From Minisyncoccota bacterium (GTDB taxonomy: Bacteria; Patescibacteriota; Minisyncoccia; UBA6257; 1-14-0-10-40-38), in assembly GCA_009694925.1 (NCBI GenBank), contig SIBX01000001.1, positions 1 to 59,243 of the forward strand: 59,243 nt of DNA, in the 5' to 3' direction. Both the position numbers and the translations under genes were made by a program. This document shows, piece after piece, positions 46,968-55,467 of this stretch. How positions within the stretch are numbered: position 1 is the stretch's first letter; each line of letters starts with the position of its first letter. Below the pieces are notes generated by a model. It was not told the origin of the DNA. It did not search any database and was given only the letters and a program-made list of their open reading frames with translations.

Positions 46968-47016
46968 AAGCATTTTCAATTGAAAATTATTCTCTAAAGT
47001 GATACTATTAACCCCA

Positions 47017-48489
47017 ATGCCACCTAAAGAATCCAAAGAAATAAGGGTTCGCATAGCTCCCAGCCCAACTGGCTTCTTTCACTTTGGAACAGCTAGAACT
47101 GCTCTTTTTAACTATCTTTTCGCCAAAAAACACAATGGCAAGTTTATAGTGAGAATCGAGGACACAGACAGAGAACGTTCAAAGCCAGAGTATGAAAAAG
47201 ACATCTTGGATGGCCTAAGATGGCTTGGACTTAATTCAGACGAAGATCCAATAGTCGGAGGAAGCCATGGGCCATATCGCCAAAGCGAGAGATTAGATAT
47301 GTATGAAAAATATTTAAAACAGCTTTTAAGCGAAAATAAGGCCTATTATTGCTTTTGTGCATCAGAAGATTTAGAAATGGAAAGAAAAGTAATGATGGAG
47401 TCGGGCATTGCTCCTAAATATTCTGGAAAATGCAGAAGCATTTCCCATAAAGAAGCTGAAGGTAAAATTGAAAAAGGAGAAGCTTCCATAATTCGTTTTA
47501 AAATGCCCGAAGAAAAAATCCGCTTCAATGATTTAATTAAAGGTAAAATTGAAATGGACTTATCTCTATTTGGCGATCAAGTTATAGCAAAAAATCTTCG
47601 TGAACCACTTTATAATTTCGCCGTTGTGGTTGACGATGAAGAAATGAAAATTTCTGATGTAATTCGAGGAGAAGATCATCTTCCTAATACTCCAAAACAA
47701 ATTCCCATACAAAAAGCCCTAGGATTTAAAGAAGTGGCCTATGCCCACCTTCCTTTAATTTTAAATCCAGACAGAAGCAAAATGTCTAAAAGATTTTTAG
47801 ATGTTTCAGTAAAAGATTATAAAGATAAAGGATATTTACCTTCTGCCATGGTGAACTTCATGGCCTTAATCGGTTGGCATCCAGAAGCCAAGTCTGGAGA
47901 ATCAGAAAAAGAAATTTTTACCATAAAAGAATTGATTTCAGAATTTAGTTTAGAAAGAGTTCAAAAAGGGGGAGGAATTTTCAGCGAAGAGAAATTAGAT
48001 TGGATAAATTCTCAATTTATTAAAAACATGGAAGATGTCCATCTTTTAGAAGAATTAAAATTAAGAGGGGATGTTGAAGAAAGCTCTTTAAGCAAAGAGT
48101 CTGTGCTTAAAATTATAAAAAGCACCAAGGAAAGAATGAAAAACTTAAGCGAATTTAAAAATTTGGCTCATTTTTTCTTTAAACTTCCACAATATGATAA
48201 AAATCTTTTAATTTGGAAAAAATCCAACTTAGCCGGAGCGGTTATTGCCCTAAATGAATCTGTAGCGATATTAGAATCTATTAGTCCAGAAAATTTTAAA
48301 AAAGAAGTTATAGAAAAAGAGTTAAACCAATTTGGAGAAAAAATAGGCAAGGGAGATCTCTACTGGCCCGTCAGGGTTGCTTTATCTGGAAGAGAATTTT
48401 CCCCGCCACCACAAGAAATAATGGATATATTGGGTAAAGATGAGTCCATAAAGAGGGTCAAATCTGCTATAGAAAATCTAGAAAAATAA
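47017..48489 (+). CDS. gltX: Glutamate--tRNA ligase
   Basis: RIAPSPTGFFHFG, RIEDTD, IRGEDH, KMSKR; CFC...C Zn site. Confidence 0.96.
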   Translation: MPPKESKEIRVRIAPSPTGFFHFGTARTALFNYLFAKKHNGKFIVRIEDTDRERSKPEYEKDILDGLRWLGLNSDEDPIVGGSHGPYRQSERLDMYEKYLKQLLSENKAYYCFCASEDLEMERKVMMESGIAPKYSGKCRSISHKEAEGKIEKGEASIIRFKMPEEKIRFNDLIKGKIEMDLSLFGDQVIAKNLREPLYNFAVVVDDEEMKISDVIRGEDHLPNTPKQIPIQKALGFKEVAYAHLPLILNPDRSKMSKRFLDVSVKDYKDKGYLPSAMVNFMALIGWHPEAKSGESEKEIFTIKELISEFSLERVQKGGGIFSEEKLDWINSQFIKNMEDVHLLEELKLRGDVEESSLSKESVLKIIKSTKERMKNLSEFKNLAHFFFKLPQYDKNLLIWKKSNLAGAVIALNESVAILESISPENFKKEVIEKELNQFGEKIGKGDLYWPVRVALSGREFSPPPQEIMDILGKDESIKRVKSAIENLEK

Positions 48490-48490
48490 T

Positions 48491-49759
48491 ATGAAAATTT
48501 TCAATTATAAATTTATTCAGATAGTTTTATTTTTTTCACTTCTTTTTTTACTTGGAACTAAGGCATCTTTTGCCACAACCTCCCTTGAACTTAATTTAAA
48601 AACAGCCATAGAAGATAAATCAAAAGATCTTCAAGAAATAACAAAGAAAATCGAAGAAACTCAAAATCAGCTCTTTGAAACACAGGAAAAAGGAATTACT
48701 TTAAAACAAGCAGTTAAAAAGACAGATACCTTACTTAATCAGATTAATTTAAATATAAAATCAAGCGAAATAAAAATAGACAAACTAGGACTCGAACTTG
48801 AAAATTTAAGCCTTTCAAAGAAAGACAAAGAAAATAAAGTTTTAGAAAAAAAGACTGCTATTGAAGAGCTTTTACGTGAAATAATGAAAAAAGGCAGAGG
48901 GTCTAGTCTGAGATTGATTCTTGAAAGTAAAAGCATTTCTCAAAGTATTTTAGATTCAAAATCTATTGAATATATGAGCAGAAGTCTGGCATCCGAGGTA
49001 AATGATCTAGAGTTGCTTAAAAATGGTCTAGTGAATCAAATAGGGGAAACTGCGGAGAAGAAGCATTCCTTAGAAGGAGAAAAAGTTAATCTTAAATATA
49101 AAAAAAATATAGCCGAAGATGAAAAAAACAATAAGCAATATATCTTAAGCACAACCAAAAGTCAGGAAAAACTATATCAAGCTCAATTAAGGGAATTAGA
49201 GAGAAAACAAGAAGAGATAGCCGCCGAAGTTGAGGCAATAGAATCGGAGCTTCGCTTAAAAATAGATCCCAGTCTTCTTCCGAGCGCTATCCCAGGAGTT
49301 CTTCTTTGGCCAGTTCAGGGTGGTTATTTAACTCAAGGATATGGATCAACCGCCTTTGCTCTTAAAACATATAGAGGCAAGCACCACAATGGTATTGATA
49401 TCGGATCGCCAATTGGAACTCCAGTTTATAGTGCAGAAGATGGAGAAATTGTCTTTACGGCCAATCAGGATAGTTTTTGCAGAGGAGCAGGATATGGCAA
49501 GGTCTTAGTTGTTAAACACGATAATAATTTGACTACTTTATATGGTCACTTATCTCAATATTCTGTTCGCGTCGGTCAGAAAGTTAAGAAAGGCGAAGTT
49601 ATAGGCTATATGGGTAAAACAGGTTGGGCAACTGGACCGCATTTGCATTTTGTTGTTTTCGTTAGTGCAACTTATTATGTAAAACCAACGCGATCTTGCG
49701 GGGCAATGCCGGTTGGAGGAGATTTGGATCCGACTAAATATGTCTCACACGCTCCATAA
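48491..49759 (+). CDS. Coiled-coil M23 peptidase (EnvC/murein DD-endopeptidase-like)
   Basis: Signal peptide, long coiled coil, HNGID, YGHL, TGPHLHF. Confidence 0.9.
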   Translation: MKIFNYKFIQIVLFFSLLFLLGTKASFATTSLELNLKTAIEDKSKDLQEITKKIEETQNQLFETQEKGITLKQAVKKTDTLLNQINLNIKSSEIKIDKLGLELENLSLSKKDKENKVLEKKTAIEELLREIMKKGRGSSLRLILESKSISQSILDSKSIEYMSRSLASEVNDLELLKNGLVNQIGETAEKKHSLEGEKVNLKYKKNIAEDEKNNKQYILSTTKSQEKLYQAQLRELERKQEEIAAEVEAIESELRLKIDPSLLPSAIPGVLLWPVQGGYLTQGYGSTAFALKTYRGKHHNGIDIGSPIGTPVYSAEDGEIVFTANQDSFCRGAGYGKVLVVKHDNNLTTLYGHLSQYSVRVGQKVKKGEVIGYMGKTGWATGPHLHFVVFVSATYYVKPTRSCGAMPVGGDLDPTKYVSHAP

Positions 49760-49774
49760 GCAGTATTTTTAATA

Positions 49775-50722
49775 ATGGAAAGGAATCATTTTCTTCAATC
49801 GCAAGAATGGGCAGATTTTCAAAAATCCCTAAACTTAAATAGGGCTTTTTTTAATTTTAATATGGATGGTCTTAAGTCTATTTATCAAAAAAATAATTTT
49901 CCATTCGGATTTAATTATTTTTATTTCCCTCGCGGACTAATTTTTAAAAAAGAAATTAATAAACTAGAGTTAGATAATTTTATTAATTTATTTAAGCAGG
50001 GGACACGCCCTCTCAATAAATCGATTTCACTCAAAATAGAGCCTAACGAAAATTACTCCAAAGAATTAGAGGATATCTTGAAAAGCTCCGGTTTTAAAAA
50101 GGCAAAATCAATCCAGCCAGAAGAAACTATAATAATAGATTTAGAAAAATCGGAAGATGAACTTTTACGTGAGATGGAGCACGACACTCGTTATGCAATA
50201 AGATATGCAAATCGTCAAGGTGTTCAAGTTATTAGATTAGAAACAATAGAAGATAAAAAAAAGTATTTTGAAGATTTTTGGAATATATTTAAAGAAACAA
50301 ACTCTAAGCATACTCTAAGAATTTACAAAAAATCTTACTACGAAAATTTTTCCAATCTAAATGGAAAATTAAAATCTTACATATATCTAGCCCAAATCAA
50401 TGGTCAAAATATAGCTTCGGCCATCTTTTTGTCCTACGGCAGTGAAACATTCTATATGTTTGCCGGCTCGCGTACAGGGTTTGCCAAGTTTAACGCCCCA
50501 AGCCTGATCATCTGGACCGCCATAAGGGATTTTAAGCTTAATGGCTTTAAATCGCTTGATTTATGGGGTATAAGCGACACAAATGCCAAATGGCTTGGTG
50601 TTACTAGGTTTAAAAGAGGTTTTAGAGGCAAATCTATAAAATACATGGGCACATGGGAATATCCATTAAATAAATTTTATTTTTATTTATTTAATTTAAT
50701 TAAATTTATTTTAAGAAGATAA
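49775..50722 (+). CDS. FemABX-family peptidoglycan peptidyltransferase
   Basis: HFLQSQEW, YFPRG, TRYAIRYA.R.GV, DLWG, GVTRFKRGF.G. Confidence 0.88.
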   Translation: MERNHFLQSQEWADFQKSLNLNRAFFNFNMDGLKSIYQKNNFPFGFNYFYFPRGLIFKKEINKLELDNFINLFKQGTRPLNKSISLKIEPNENYSKELEDILKSSGFKKAKSIQPEETIIIDLEKSEDELLREMEHDTRYAIRYANRQGVQVIRLETIEDKKKYFEDFWNIFKETNSKHTLRIYKKSYYENFSNLNGKLKSYIYLAQINGQNIASAIFLSYGSETFYMFAGSRTGFAKFNAPSLIIWTAIRDFKLNGFKSLDLWGISDTNAKWLGVTRFKRGFRGKSIKYMGTWEYPLNKFYFYLFNLIKFILRR

Positions 50723-50892
50723 TTTTTTATTTAAAATAAATCACAAAAGGGTATTAATAGTATAAAAAACAAGAAATCATATTTAGTTAATTAAAGTAGC
50801 TTATCTGTCGCAAAAGGTATATTGTGCGACATGTGATAGGTATTGTTCCCCGTAGAATAAGCGTAGCTTTCCAAAAATTAAAAAAGCCCTCC

Positions 50893-50997
50893 TTACCTCT
50901 TTCGAGCGTAGAATTGGGGCTCCTTCTGATCAGTGTTTCCAGTTGTTGGCAACTTGGTTTCCGAATTGGGTCGCCATAAAGTTTTTAAATCCTTCAT
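50893..50997 (-). CDS. Possible 34-aa peptide in a small GC-richer islet
   Basis: AAGGAAG before ATG; MKDLKTLWRPNSETKLPTTGNTDQKEPQFYARKR; stop lies in a weak hairpin before a T-run. Confidence 0.25.
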   Translation of the reverse strand: MKDLKTLWRPNSETKLPTTGNTDQKEPQFYARKR

Positions 50998-51143
50998 ACG
51001 CTTCCTTTTCTTACCTCAGAGCCCTAACAACGGCCTCATGCTTGTCGGGACTCTAATCAACTACTTTTCTCGTAGACTCTTGGTTTTATATTTAACATTG
51101 CTCCTTTAGTAAATATTTTTCTGGTTGATAAAATATTTATTTT

Positions 51144-52943
51144 TTATTTAAAGGATTCTTTTTGGGTATTAAAAAGATTTTTATAAATTCCATTTTTAAT
51201 TTTCATAAGATCCGCATGACTTCCCAATTCTTTAGCCTCCCCTTCCTCTATAATCATAATTCTATCGGCATTTTTTACCGTATTAAACCTATGCGAAATT
51301 AAAATTACAGTTTTATCGTCTGGTAAATTTTCTAAATTTTCAAATATTTCCATTTCAGCAACTGCATCAATTGAAGCAGTTGGTTCGTCGAGTATCCATA
51401 TTTCAGGATTTTTATAAAAAATTCTAGCCAAGGCAATTTTCTGCCATTGACCCATAGATGGCTCTTCCCCTCCCTCAAACTCTCTTCCCAAATAAGTGTC
51501 ATAGCCATTTTTATAGCTCATTATAAATTCATGTGCGCCAGACTTTTTAGCCGAAGCAATAACATTTTCCATGTTAAATGGAATATTGGTGTTGCCAATT
51601 GCAATTACGTCCTTTATTTTCATCCTATATCTGGCATATTCTTGAGATAAGTATCCTACTTTAGAATAATAACTATTAAGCTCGAGATTTTTTATATTAT
51701 TATTCCCTATTAATATTTCTCCCTTAGTTCCGTCATAAAATCTTAAAATTAATTTAGTTAAAGTTGTTTTACCTGCGCCATTAACTCCCACAATTGCAAT
51801 CTTTTCTCCTTTTTTAATCTTAAAATTTAAATTCTTTAAAATCATTTTATCACTATCTGGATAAGAAAATGAAACATTTTTAAATTCTATCTCTGAAGCG
51901 CCGGTCGTCAATTCATCCACGCCATTTTTCATTTCTTTTTTAGTGTTTAAAAATATAAAAATATCCTCCATGAAATTAGCATCCGCGTTTAATCTTGCCA
52001 ATCCTCTAAAAAATTCTGTTAAATCATTCTTTAGATCTGTCGTCCTTCCTAAAATAAAGATAAAGGTTCCAATAAGTAATGTTTTACCAACCACGTCATC
52101 CATTAAATAAAAGATTACAATTGCATTAGCAATATAAACTATTGTAGTTGAGAAAAATTTAGATTTAGTTCTAATTTCTTCTGTTTTCAAAAAATCATCA
52201 TCGAAAGCAGATAAAAAGAACTGCATAATAGACTTCAAAAAATCTTTTGTTTTGAAGATTTTTTGCTCTATAAGCGATGGAAGATGATTAAAATGTCTTC
52301 TGGCTTCAAAATATTTTCGTCTTATTTCAGTTTTTGCATCCCAAATACTCCATTTTTGTTTTCCATATTTTATTTCAACATAAAGATCTGGAAGAAGAGA
52401 GGTTAAAAGGACAATAGCTATCCATGGACTATATGAAATTAATATTATAGAGCTGGCCAAGATATCTATTAATCTGCCAAAAGCGAAAAGAATATAATCA
52501 GAAAACCAAGCAATTTTTCCTAGATTTTCATTAACTCTTAAGACTAAATTATTAAAATCAGATTTTTCATAAGTTTGTATATCTAATTCCGCTTTCTTCT
52601 CCACCACTTTCAAATCCATATATTGTCCAAAAAATATAAAGAATTTAGAAAAAAGGTGGGCTTGCCAGACTCTCGCCAAATTCACTAAAAGAGGTAGTCC
52701 AATATAAAGAGACACTATTAAAATTAATTCTTTATCAAAAATTGAAGAGAATCCCCCAACCTGTATTTTGTTAATAAAAACAGCCGAATACCAGGCAACA
52801 ATAATAGGCAAAACAGACATAAAAATTACCAGCAAAAACTCCCAGATCAAATAAGCTCTGTTGTATTCCCAGATGAATTTTAAAACTTTCCATGCTATTT
52901 TCCGCAAAGATATTTTTCTCTTTTTGACTTCTTTTTCTTCCAT
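51144..52943 (-). CDS. ABC transporter, fused permease and ATPase
   Basis: TM region, GVNGAGKTT, PSMGQWQKIALAR, ILDEPT, ISHR. Confidence 0.93.
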   Translation of the reverse strand: MEEKEVKKRKISLRKIAWKVLKFIWEYNRAYLIWEFLLVIFMSVLPIIVAWYSAVFINKIQVGGFSSIFDKELILIVSLYIGLPLLVNLARVWQAHLFSKFFIFFGQYMDLKVVEKKAELDIQTYEKSDFNNLVLRVNENLGKIAWFSDYILFAFGRLIDILASSIILISYSPWIAIVLLTSLLPDLYVEIKYGKQKWSIWDAKTEIRRKYFEARRHFNHLPSLIEQKIFKTKDFLKSIMQFFLSAFDDDFLKTEEIRTKSKFFSTTIVYIANAIVIFYLMDDVVGKTLLIGTFIFILGRTTDLKNDLTEFFRGLARLNADANFMEDIFIFLNTKKEMKNGVDELTTGASEIEFKNVSFSYPDSDKMILKNLNFKIKKGEKIAIVGVNGAGKTTLTKLILRFYDGTKGEILIGNNNIKNLELNSYYSKVGYLSQEYARYRMKIKDVIAIGNTNIPFNMENVIASAKKSGAHEFIMSYKNGYDTYLGREFEGGEEPSMGQWQKIALARIFYKNPEIWILDEPTASIDAVAEMEIFENLENLPDDKTVILISHRFNTVKNADRIMIIEEGEAKELGSHADLMKIKNGIYKNLFNTQKESFK

Positions 52944-53058
52944 AAATTAAGAAGAAATTATACGTTTTATTTGAAAAATTAGCAATCCTCGTTCTTTTAA
53001 CTATGGCCTAGTTTCTATGGCCTATGGCCTTTTTTATTAGTCACTATATACTTTTCAT

Positions 53059-53826
53059 ATGTTCTACGAATCTCCTGATATTTTTAAAAAAGAAGCCGGC
53101 CATGAAATAGATGGCGCTTGGTATCCTCGGGTCACTAAAATTTTAGAAATAAAATCTAAACCGGCTCTATATCGCTACTACGGAGAAGCCCCTAGTTTTG
53201 CAATTGCAGAAGAAAGAACAAAAAAATCTGCCGAAGAAGGAACTCTAATTCACGAAGTTGTAGAAAAAATATTTGTAGGCGATAAACCAGAAATAATAGA
53301 CTCTATCTCCCCCGCCATTGATGCGGTTAAAGATTTTTTAGCAAAAAATAATTTTCAGGTCGAGTGCGATCATGTTGAAAGAAAAGTTTTAAATAAAGAT
53401 GAGGGATATTCTGGAACGATAGACGCCATGGCTATTATTAATGGCAAATTTGGAGTTTTAGATATTAAAACATCTCAATCTATTTATAGAGACTACAATC
53501 TTCAAACCGCCGCTTATATGGGGCAATTAACTAAAGAATTTAAAAATTTAGAAACTAGATGGATTATGCGTGTTGATCAGCAAAAAAACTGTTTAAAATG
53601 CGGAGCAAGTCTGAGGTCTAAGGGTGGAAATGATAAAATAAAATCTAAAACTTTTAATTCTGAGATTTGCAAAGAAAATAACCACGAATGGTCTCTGCTT
53701 AAAGGTATAGTTGAGCTTAAGGAATTTCCTTTCTGGAAAAGTGACTTTAAGGCATTTTTGGCCGCTAAATATCTTTGGCAATGGGAAAATGAATATATGC
53801 TCAAAAAGATTGGATACCTTAAATAA
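53059..53826 (+). CDS. PD-(D/E)xK exonuclease-like protein
   Basis: PRVTKIL, GTLIH, E, GTID, DIKTS, LQTAAY; CxxC...C...H insert. Confidence 0.8.
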   Translation: MFYESPDIFKKEAGHEIDGAWYPRVTKILEIKSKPALYRYYGEAPSFAIAEERTKKSAEEGTLIHEVVEKIFVGDKPEIIDSISPAIDAVKDFLAKNNFQVECDHVERKVLNKDEGYSGTIDAMAIINGKFGVLDIKTSQSIYRDYNLQTAAYMGQLTKEFKNLETRWIMRVDQQKNCLKCGASLRSKGGNDKIKSKTFNSEICKENNHEWSLLKGIVELKEFPFWKSDFKAFLAAKYLWQWENEYMLKKIGYLK

Positions 53827-53907
53827 TAGAATTCAGAATTAAGAATTTAGGTTTTTTTAACCCCATTCTCTCCTAAATTCTGCATTCTATATTCTATCCA
53901 TAAATAT

Positions 53908-54195
53908 TTCTCCCCTCGACAAGCAATGCTTGGAGCGAGGGGGCAAGGAAAGGCTCGGAGACTAGTCGGCGGAAGAGAGACCGCTGTGGGGCGATGGCGG
54001 CGAAACGGGGAATGCCCATACAGAGTTCATCATCCGTCTACCAGTCTCCGAGCACAGAATTTCAAAGAACAGGAGTGGGAGATGAACTTGCGCCATAGCT
54101 AGCCCGTGCCCACGGTAACCATGGCATGCCTACGTGCTTCTCTCATCTCAGGAGGATTCTTTGCGTGCCCACTCGTCTCCCGCTCCTGTTCGTGC
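53908..54195. ncRNA. Candidate structured ncRNA with two long stems (strand uncertain)
   Basis: 11-bp stem 53953-53963/54043-54053 and 19-bp stem 54067-54085/54173-54191; no ORF. Confidence 0.4.
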
Positions 54196-54292
54196 TGAAT
54201 TAATAATAGCATATTGATTTTTATAAAAAATAAAAAAAGTGGATAAGTATTATAATAATTATTCCAACTGATATCCTGCGGATAAGTTTATT

Positions 54293-54514
54293 AAAAAAAG
54301 AAACCGTCCGATGATATGCGCGTAGCGCATTCATGGACGGTGGTTCGGTTAAGAATGGGAGGGAGAACTTGCAAAATTGTTTCTCTGTGATTCGGAGCAG
54401 GTTTCCGTGTTGACTACAAACCTTGAGTTGCCTCATGATCTGTGTTCTTTCGGTAATTATGCGCCCTCTCACTAGAGTTATCTCTCGCAATCCCCCCCCC
54501 TCCCAGTATTAGCT
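54293..54514 (-). ncRNA. Candidate structured ncRNA (about 220 nt)
   Basis: TTGCAT-17-TATAAT promoter at 54521-54549; 5' TGGGAGGGGG pairs with 3' CTCCCTCCCA; terminator at 54293-54341. Confidence 0.45.
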
Positions 54515-54619
54515 GTAGAAATTATAATCCCATTTTTTAAAATATGCAAAACAAATTAACCCTCCTTATATTGTAAGAGGTAAGTCAATATGTTAATTTA
54601 TTAAGGTATATTTAAAAAA

Positions 54620-54693
54620 TGGGGAATCGTCTAATGGTAGGACAGAGGCCTTTGAAGCCTTTAATTGGGGTTCGAATCCCTGTTCCCCAGCCA
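54620..54693 (+). tRNA. tRNA-Gln(TTG)
   Basis: TGGGGAA/TTCCCCA acceptor stem, anticodon loop CTTTGAA, GGTTCGAATCC T-arm, encoded CCA. Confidence 0.96.
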
Positions 54694-54711
54694 AGTTTCA
54701 GAATTCGTTTT

Positions 54712-54876
54712 TTATCTACTGACTTTAAGTCCAAAATAAATTCCAGCTAATCCGCCCAGCGTTGAAAAAATAATAGACGTGAGTGAAAGTAAATCCCCTC
54801 CCCAGATAGCTGGCACAAAACTTCCAATCATAGAGCCAACAACCATCCCAAACATAATAATAGATTTAGAACTCAT
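54712..54876 (-). CDS. Small two-TM glycine-rich membrane protein (54 aa)
   Basis: MSSKSIIMFGMVVGSMIGSFVPAIWGGDLLSLTSIIFSTLGGLAGIYFGLKVSR read by hand. Confidence 0.7.
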   Translation of the reverse strand: MSSKSIIMFGMVVGSMIGSFVPAIWGGDLLSLTSIIFSTLGGLAGIYFGLKVSR

Positions 54877-54909
54877 CTTTTTATTATATTCTAATGCTAG
54901 AATTAAGTT

Positions 54910-55161
54910 ATGCCCTATTTCGTCTATATACTAGAGTGCTCTGATAAATCCCTATATACTGGCATAACTAATAATTTAGAAAAAAGAATTAAAAACCATA
55001 ACGAATCTAAAGTAGGAGCAAGGTATACAAAAGCTAGAAGACCGGTAGTTCTAAGATGCTTCGAAAAAGTAAAAACCAAAAGTCTAGCTCTTAAAAGAGA
55101 AATCGAGATCAAGTCTTGGACGAGAGAAAAGAAATTAAACCTAATAAGAAATATTTCTTAA
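54910..55161 (+). CDS. GIY-YIG nuclease family protein (UPF0213/YhbQ-like)
   Basis: YFVYILECSDKSLYTGIT, GARYTKARRPV, ALKREIEIK. Confidence 0.92.
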   Translation: MPYFVYILECSDKSLYTGITNNLEKRIKNHNESKVGARYTKARRPVVLRCFEKVKTKSLALKREIEIKSWTREKKLNLIRNIS

Positions 55162-55201
55162 AATTTCACACCTTGACGAAATTGTGATACATTGTTTATA
55201 A

Positions 55202-55315
55202 ATGAGAAAACCAGTTTTTAGGGCATTATTAATACTTATTCTATTTATTATAATGGTAATATTATTTTATCTATTCTCTCTTTCTGTTTTTTTTGATGGC
55301 CTTTTAAAATTATAA
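55202..55315 (+). CDS. Possible 37-aa single-TM peptide
   Basis: MRKPVFRALLILILFIIMVILFYLFSLSVFFDGLLKL, directly after a duplicated promoter-like block. Confidence 0.4.
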   Translation: MRKPVFRALLILILFIIMVILFYLFSLSVFFDGLLKL

Positions 55316-55320
55316 CCAAT

Positions 55321-55455
55321 ATGGAAGAAGGGCCAATATACCCAATACGCATTAATAAATATTTAGCGCTAAAACAGCACTCAACTCGCCGTGGAGCAGA
55401 TGAGCTTATTTCTCGTATAAATGGCGGTTTTGAATTACTAATTTTTAAAGTTTAA
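55321..55455 (+). pseudogene. Truncated duplicate of the 5' end of the pseudouridine synthase gene
   Basis: MEEGPIYPIRINKYLALKQHSTRRGADELIS versus MQDKPLYPMRINKYLALKQYSTRRGADELIS at 57550. Confidence 0.85.
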
Positions 55456-55467
55456 ATAATAATATAT

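Noticed and set aside
54780..54810. Possible frameshift in the small membrane ORF at the C-runs
   Set aside because: Re-reading gives an intact frame (AIWGGDLL)
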